This document shows, one piece after another, positions 58,183 through 64,000 of a DNA stretch of 64,000 nucleotides. This DNA comes from Candidatus Latescibacterota bacterium. GTDB lineage: Bacteria; Latescibacterota; UBA2968; UBA8231. A program made the translations under genes and the position numbers. Location: assembly GCA_965204725.1 (NCBI GenBank), contig OZ242005.1, positions 2,880,001 to 2,944,000 on the forward strand, read 5' to 3'. The number at the start of each line of letters is the position of its first letter. The first letter of the stretch is position 1. Below the pieces are notes generated by a model. That model made no database searches and was not told where the DNA came from. It saw nothing but the letters and a program-made list of their open reading frames with translations.

Positions 58183-58929
58183 TCAAGGGACCAAAGGCTT
58201 AAAATCCTCGCTGCTCATTGGTTCGTACTCATCCCAACGGCCATACATCTCAATCAGTACGCGTTGCTTCAACAGGATGGTCTGAGGATTAACCCGCACC
58301 ACTTTCGCCCCGAATTTACCAGGTCCTTCGGCCATCGCCGCAACCAGATCTGCCACCAAGTAACGCGGCGCCCACCCGATCGTACAGTAGTCCACTGTCT
58401 GAAGCTGCACGGCCAACCCGGTCGCCGGATTGGTCAACTCCAGTGTGACATACAGTTTTTCTTCCTGCTCTAAACGATCAAGTCGATCTTTAGCCGCATC
58501 ATTGATATGTCGCCAGCCATGCAGAAAGAACCGGCAAGAGAAACTCCCGGTATCGTCTTTCTCGATCTTTGGAAAAACCTCATAAGCGTCCGTTACGCGG
58601 CGGCCTCCGTTGGTGGACAGAATCTCAATGGGATCAGCTTCCTCGGTCAGATCAAGCCTGCGAAGATAATCGGTAAAGTCCGGCCTTGCCCGATTCATAA
58701 CCCGATTTTGGAATAGCGGAAACAGTTCCACAGACCGATAATCTCGGTTCAAATCGGGAAAATCGATCAACGGAGGAAACCCCACTTCCTTTTTTGCTCG
58801 CTCTGCGCCGCCAATGTAACGGAAGCGATAGAGCGAACGCTCGACATCAGCATCTAGCTGACCTACCGGGAACCATGCCTTACTAGGCTTGTGGTCCTGC
58901 CAAGCTAGAAATAAAGTTCTCGTGCTCAT
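58183..58929 (-). CDS. HIRAN-domain protein
   Basis: 'LFPLFQNRV..RPD', HIRAN-like 'ELTNP..AV..IGWAPRYL'. Confidence 0.75.
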   Translation of the reverse strand: MSTRTLFLAWQDHKPSKAWFPVGQLDADVERSLYRFRYIGGAERAKKEVGFPPLIDFPDLNRDYRSVELFPLFQNRVMNRARPDFTDYLRRLDLTEEADPIEILSTNGGRRVTDAYEVFPKIEKDDTGSFSCRFFLHGWRHINDAAKDRLDRLEQEEKLYVTLELTNPATGLAVQLQTVDYCTIGWAPRYLVADLVAAMAEGPGKFGAKVVRVNPQTILLKQRVLIEMYGRWDEYEPMSSEDFKPLVP

Positions 58930-59819
58930 CGAATAAGCTCCTGCAATTGTTTGAGGTTATGGCACATCAGCGCAATCGCGAATTTTTTGGCTGAAGAGGA
59001 CATCCAATCACTAGGTACGCGGTTTACGAGGTTATCCACAGATCGCTCGTCCAATTTTTTGAGTTTCATCAGCGCGAAAAAGAAAAGTTTAGGGTATTTG
59101 CAAGTAGCCCGCTGTACCAACTCCAGTGGGCTACAACCGTATCGATCGTCCTCCGACCAGTAAATCGCGCCGCGTCCTTTTTTAACATAGTCACCTATGC
59201 GATCCTCCGCCAGTATCCTATCACGTCGCGTATCTTGAAGCTCCCGACCCAACGATGAGGCGTGGTCGAACGATGGTGCCACGAACCCTTCCCAGCGGTC
59301 GTCCTTTTGCTCCCGTAGTATGCCCCAATTCTCGTGATGGCGATCCGTGTTACCAATCAACGCATCTAGGACCACGTACTCTGCAAGGCGACACTTCTCC
59401 TGTTCTGCATCTTCAGACTCTACAAAAACACGGTCTATTGTCTGCCAGATATTCGCCAAAGTATGGCTTGACTGATAATATTCTCGCCTGTGATCGTAAC
59501 CATGGACAGCTCTTGCCAAGATCTGATTGCCGTGGATCAATTCCTGACCCTCTTGTGCGAACGATTTCGTCACAGATCCTTTATCCTCTTCAAATACCGC
59601 CAATTCCACCCTCGCATGTAGAATCTCTAGTACGGCCGCGACCTCGGCGACAATTTTTTCCGCCCAGTGCTCCCCTGTATTACAGCGGGGGTATTTGAAG
59701 AGCCAATCTCCTTCTTCCGTCTTCGGATGGAGATACCAGAACTTATCTTTGCTCCCCATATCCTCGGACTCTCTGATCGATTCTCTCTTTACCTCAACGA
59801 TTGGGTATAGGTCAGACAT
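58926..59819 (-). CDS. HipA-like kinase
   Basis: 'GSKDKFW', 'LFK', 'GEHWAE', 'DALIGNTDRHHENWG', 'APSFDHASSL'. Confidence 0.85.
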   Translation of the reverse strand: MSDLYPIVEVKRESIRESEDMGSKDKFWYLHPKTEEGDWLFKYPRCNTGEHWAEKIVAEVAAVLEILHARVELAVFEEDKGSVTKSFAQEGQELIHGNQILARAVHGYDHRREYYQSSHTLANIWQTIDRVFVESEDAEQEKCRLAEYVVLDALIGNTDRHHENWGILREQKDDRWEGFVAPSFDHASSLGRELQDTRRDRILAEDRIGDYVKKGRGAIYWSEDDRYGCSPLELVQRATCKYPKLFFFALMKLKKLDERSVDNLVNRVPSDWMSSSAKKFAIALMCHNLKQLQELIR

Positions 59820-59866
59820 AGCAATAACTTCGCGTCCTCAGTTCCAAGTCGCCATCGCTTCCCCAA

Positions 59867-60493
59867 TCAGGCCATCGGCCTCTGCGACAAGTCCAGTTCC
59901 GCGGAATCACGGGCGGGCGCAAGCTCCGCTCCCGGCCTAGACGGTTCCATGAACGTAATGGCCTCGTAGAAGTCGTCTAACGCGACAAATACGCCGTTTT
60001 CTTGCGCCCATCGGCGCATCCGCTGGTTGCAAGAATGCGCCCACGACAGGATTTCCACCCGCCAACCGCGCTTGTGCATGCGCTCCAACGTGCTGTGAAA
60101 ACCCGCGCCTTCGAGATAGCCGGCACCATCGCCTGTCAGCAACACCACAATGCCGGGGTCGCCGTTGTAATCCAGAGCATCTTCCAACATCCGTAGCTGC
60201 AATACCCGGTCGGGCATTTCCTGTTCGCCGCGCCCAGAGTCGCCGCGGTCAAACAGTCGGACTTCTATGCCCTTGCTTTCCATTCGATTCCACAACTGGC
60301 GCATTTCCGGCGGCACGGAGCCGGTGGCCAGTGCCTTTTTCAGCGGGCGATCGGCGTGTGCTAGACGCAGTATATTGTCAAAGTTGACCCGCACACGGTA
60401 ACGGGCATTAGCCCCTTCTCGTCGTTCTTCGGCCAGCCGCTGGGCCTCGTGGAAGATGTTGGAGTTGTCCCAATAAATGAAAACGCGGTTCAT
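59867..60493 (-). CDS. NYN-domain RNase
   Basis: 'FIYWDNSN', 'EQEMPD', 'LLTGDG'. Confidence 0.85.
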   Translation of the reverse strand: MNRVFIYWDNSNIFHEAQRLAEERREGANARYRVRVNFDNILRLAHADRPLKKALATGSVPPEMRQLWNRMESKGIEVRLFDRGDSGRGEQEMPDRVLQLRMLEDALDYNGDPGIVVLLTGDGAGYLEGAGFHSTLERMHKRGWRVEILSWAHSCNQRMRRWAQENGVFVALDDFYEAITFMEPSRPGAELAPARDSAELDLSQRPMA

Positions 60494-60506
60494 GTCGGAT
60501 TGCCTC

Positions 60507-61780
60507 CTACCAGTAGCGCAGCGCGTCCGCGAAAATCGCCGCTAGCTCCTCGGCGTCGGCCGGGCGCGGCGAGAGCTTGGTCACTCGGTGCTGCGGCAGC
60601 GTGCCCTCGACCAGCACCGAGATGTGCTGGGGCCGTAGCCGAGCGCACTGAGGCCGTTGGGCGCACCGAGCAGGCGCATCAGCGCGACGATGCGGTCGGC
60701 CAAAATCGCGCCCGCGTCTTCGTCTTTCGCTCCGCTGCAATCGGCCCCCAAGACCGCCGCGGCCCGCAGATGCCGCTGAGGGCTGGCCGGCGCGGTAAAG
60801 CGAAAAACAGCCGGCGCGTTGACGATAACGGCAAACCCGTGCGGCACCAGCGGGTAATCAACCGCGTATCCGGCCGGCACATAGCCTTCCACCATGCCAG
60901 CCACCGGATAGGACATGCCGTGCGGCAAGTGAACGCCGGCGTTGCCAAAACCAATGCCGGCGAGGGCCGCGGCCAAGCTCATCGCGTTGCGGGCCTCGTC
61001 GTCGCTGGGGTCGGCCACGGCGCGGGGCAGAAACCGCGCCACCAACCGCAAAGCCTCCAACGCCCACAAGTCGCTGATGGGATTGGAGCCTTGGTAGGCC
61101 GGTCGCAGTTGGGGCCGGTCGGGGCGGGGGCGCTGGTCAAACGGCAGGGCCGTGTAGGACTCCAAGGCATGAGAGAGCACATCGAGGCCGGTTGAAGCGG
61201 CCACCTGCGGCGGCATGGAGCGCGTGTTGTCTGGATCGACGATCCCCAAAGTCGGGCGCATGTAGCGGTGCGCCATGCCGGTCTTGGCCTTCATCGCGAG
61301 AAAATCGAAAATCGCCACGCCCGTCGTCTCGCTGCCGGTGCCAGCGGTGGTGGGAACGGCGATTAGCGGCTTGAGCGGGCCGGGCACGGGCGCACCCCGG
61401 CCAATCGGTGCGTTGACATATTCGAGGAAATCGGCCGGATGGGTGGTGTACACATTAGCCGCTTTGGCCGTGTCGATCACCGACCCGCCGCCGACCGCGA
61501 CGAACCCGTCAAACCCTTGTTGGGCATACGCAATCGCCGCCTTGAACGAGGCGTCGGTCGGCTCCACGCGCACTTGGTCGAACAGCGCGTACTCGACGCC
61601 GGCCTCCGCAATGGCCGCCAAGGCCGTCTGCACCGGCGCTTGCGCGCACAAATTTGGATCGGTCAATACCAAGACCCGCTTCAGCCCCCAGTCCTTTAGA
61701 TCCATGCCGATCTCCTGAGTAGTGCCCGGGCCGAAGCGGATGTTGGAGGTGGCGATTTCGTAAGCCGTGTCAAAAATCAT
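60507..61780 (-). CDS. Hydroxyacid-oxoacid transhydrogenase (Fe-ADH family), frameshifted near the 3' end
   Basis: 'GGGSVID', 'PTTAGTGSE', 'AYQGSNP', 'HLPHGMSY'; the native-looking C-terminus 'QHRVTKLSP..ALRYW' continues in another frame after the run at 60629-60632. Confidence 0.85.
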
Positions 61781-61854
61781 GGCGTCGTCCTTTAATTTAA
61801 GGCGGGGAATATAGGGTTGACGCGAGGCGAGAGGCAAGGTCTATTAAAAGAGCT

Positions 61855-62298
61855 TTGACAGAGGAGATCGTCGTGGTTGAACGAGCAGGTATGACGCCCG
61901 AGGACGTGGAGGAAGGGCCGCGATTGGCCTTGGATTTTGGCAAGCTGCAACGGGCGGTGGCCGGGGGCGAGGGCTTGGTGCCGGTGGCGGTGCAGGACGC
62001 AGACAGCGGCGAGGTGCTAATCGTGGCGTACGCCAATGAAGAGGCCCTCAACTATGCGCGGCGCACGGGCGTGGCCGCGTTTTGGAGCACGTCGCGCAAC
62101 GAGCTGTGGGTGAAGGGCGCGACCTCGGGCAACGTGCTCGAACTGGTCGAAATCCGCGTCAACTGCGAGCAAAATTCGCTGCTGTATCGCGTCCGACCCA
62201 AAGCAGGGGGGGCCTGCCACACCCGGGACGCAGCCGGGCGGGCGCGGTCGGGGTGCTATTATCGGCGACTCGTGGGAGACTGGCTCGAACCCGTTTGA
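61855..62298 (+). CDS. hisI: Phosphoribosyl-AMP cyclohydrolase
   Basis: 'WSTSRNELWVKGATSG', 'NCEQNSLL', 'ACHT..CYYR'; exact start uncertain. Confidence 0.9.
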   Translation: MTEEIVVVERAGMTPEDVEEGPRLALDFGKLQRAVAGGEGLVPVAVQDADSGEVLIVAYANEEALNYARRTGVAAFWSTSRNELWVKGATSGNVLELVEIRVNCEQNSLLYRVRPKAGGACHTRDAAGRARSGCYYRRLVGDWLEPV

Positions 62299-62364
62299 AT
62301 CGTATTTTTTTACCGTCACCGGAGGACTAGGCCATGCCAATCCACTGTATCGAAATATAGTGAA

Positions 62365-62500
62365 CCGGCTATCAGACTATATCAAGCAGCATGGCCTCTC
62401 AGCACCGATGGTCACGAACGCCGCCCGTCGCCAGACTATTCCCGCTTTTCGCGAGAAGGGAGTGTGGAAAATCGGGGCGGAATTCGCGTACCGGAGCTAG
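62365..62500 (+). pseudogene. Duplicated fic 3' end
   Basis: Near-identical to 45798-45933. Confidence 0.9.
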
Positions 62501-62501
62501 T

Positions 62502-64000
62502 ATGCTCGACACCGCGACCAAACGCCGCATTGACACGGCCCGCGACATCCTCGTCGGCAAGGTGCCCGATCCCAAAAGCCAAGTGGAGCAGATTACCATC
62601 GCGCTCATCTACAAGTTTATGGACGACATCGACGCCGAGAGCGAGGAGTTGGGGGGGCAGCGCACGTTCTTTGCCGGCGAATTTGCCGGCTATGGATGGG
62701 CTAAGCTGATGCGGGCCGGCTTGGGCGGCCACGAAATGTTGAACCTATACGCCGAGGCCATTGCGCGGCTGCCGGAAAACCCAGGCATGCCGCCGTTGTT
62801 CCGCAGCATTTTCAACAACGCTTACCTTCCCTACCGCGACCCGGAGACCTTGCGCGCCTTCCTCAAGGTCATCGACGAGTTTACGTATGATCACAGCGAG
62901 CGGCTGGGCGATGCCTTTGAGTATCTGCTGTCGGTGCTGGGCTCGCAGGGCGACGCCGGGCAGTTTCGCACGCCGCGCCATATCATCGACTTCATGGTCG
63001 CTGTGATTGACCCTCAGAAAGACCAAACGGTGCTCGATCCGGCCTGTGGCACGGCCGGGTTCTTGATTTCGTCGTACAAGCACATTCTCAAGGCCAATAC
63101 CGACGCCGAGGGGCACAGTGTGCTGACGCCTGACGAAAAGGGGGCACTCGCGGCCAATTTCAGGGGCTATGACATTTCGCCCGATATGGTGCGGCTGTCG
63201 TTGGTGAATCTGTATCTGCACGGCTTTGTCGAGCCGCATATTGCCGAATACGATACCCTGACCAGCGAGGAGCGCTGGAACGAGTATGCCGACGTGATTT
63301 TGGCGAATCCGCCGTTTATGTCGCCCAAGGGCGGGATTCGCCCGCACAACCGCTTCTCGGTTCAGTCCAAGCGCAGCGAAGTGCTGTTTGTCGATTACAT
63401 TGCCGAACATCTGACGCCTGCGGGGCGGGCGGGTGTCATCGTGCCAGAGGGCATTATCTTTCAGAGCCAGCGTGCTCACAAGCAGTTGCGGAAGATGCTG
63501 GTCGAGGAGTATCTCGTCGCGGTGGTGTCGCTGCCGGCGGGGGTGTTTCAGCCTTATTCGGGGGTTAAGACGTCTATTCTGCTGCTGGACAGATCGCTTG
63601 CGACAAAGGCCGAGCACATTGCCTTTTTCAAGGTGGAGAACGATGGGTTTGATTTGGGGGCGCAGCGGCGGGAGATTGCCGAGAATGACTTGCCGACGGT
63701 GAAGGAGGAGCTTGGCGAATACTTGCGCCGTTTGCACACAGGAGAATCCGTGGCAGATTTCGCGCCAACGTTGGGACTGGTCAGTAAAAAAGAAAGAGTT
63801 GCAGAGGGTGGGGAATACAATCTGAGCGGGGAAAGGTATCGGGAGAGTGGAACAAGGCAGTCTGATTGGCCGGTGGTCTCGTTAGGAGAGCAAGAGATTT
63901 TCAGCGTTGAAAGTGGTGGCACACCTAAATCAGGGGTCAAGGAATACTGGAATGGTGGCGTCCCCTGGATCACGCTGGTTGACTTGCCGACAGGCGATTT
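62502..64000 (+). CDS. hsdM: Second HsdM-HsdS copy (runs off the window)
   Basis: Colinear with 46484-47982 at a constant offset of 16018, with scattered substitutions. Confidence 0.92.
   Translation, partial: MLDTATKRRIDTARDILVGKVPDPKSQVEQITIALIYKFMDDIDAESEELGGQRTFFAGEFAGYGWAKLMRAGLGGHEMLNLYAEAIARLPENPGMPPLFRSIFNNAYLPYRDPETLRAFLKVIDEFTYDHSERLGDAFEYLLSVLGSQGDAGQFRTPRHIIDFMVAVIDPQKDQTVLDPACGTAGFLISSYKHILKANTDAEGHSVLTPDEKGALAANFRGYDISPDMVRLSLVNLYLHGFVEPHIAEYDTLTSEERWNEYADVILANPPFMSPKGGIRPHNRFSVQSKRSEVLFVDYIAEHLTPAGRAGVIVPEGIIFQSQRAHKQLRKMLVEEYLVAVVSLPAGVFQPYSGVKTSILLLDRSLATKAEHIAFFKVENDGFDLGAQRREIAENDLPTVKEELGEYLRRLHTGESVADFAPTLGLVSKKERVAEGGEYNLSGERYRESGTRQSDWPVVSLGEQEIFSVESGGTPKSGVKEYWNGGVPWITLVDLPTGD

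Noticed and set aside
42416-60493. Integron cassette array or prophage
   Set aside because: No intI, no recurring attC-like palindromes and no phage structural genes. DUF5131 alone does not indicate a prophage.
60629-60632. Programmed frameshift or phase variation in the Fe-ADH gene
   Set aside because: The run is only 4 nt with no slippery heptamer, so an error or simple mutation is more likely.

Overview
A GC-rich bacterial chromosome segment. C-terminal 'SWGxxK' tails, abundant D-S/T-x sequons, many Gfo/Idh/MocA, TPR and CRTAC1 genes, and rpn/Uma2/TA genes suggest an FCB-group organism such as Latescibacterota; this is inference only. Housekeeping and transport genes include an RND efflux operon, cysH, a two-gene ABC exporter with DUF1854, a Yip1-MacAB-like operon, glcF, murB, an Fe-ADH and hisI. 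They are interspersed with toxin-antitoxin and defence genes. An integrase-free defence island of about 18 kb (42416-60493) carries Type I RM with an HsdM-HsdS fusion, Fic, two hicBA pairs, a 1196-aa PIN protein, DUF5131, a Clp-fold protease with a small partner, an AAA ATPase with DUF3226, HipA-like kinase with HIRAN, and NYN. A second near-identical hsdMS copy starts at 62502. The most unusual signal is architectural. At three loci, two diverged alleles of the same locus, each with different TA/defence cargo, sit in tandem with their redundant parts deleted to short stubs. Several other genes survive only as start+end scars. Also present are a MITE family with 9-bp target duplications, an internal-start Rpn antitoxin and several operator palindromes. 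I saw no rRNA, tRNA, CRISPR array, integrase or DDE/HUH transposase gene.
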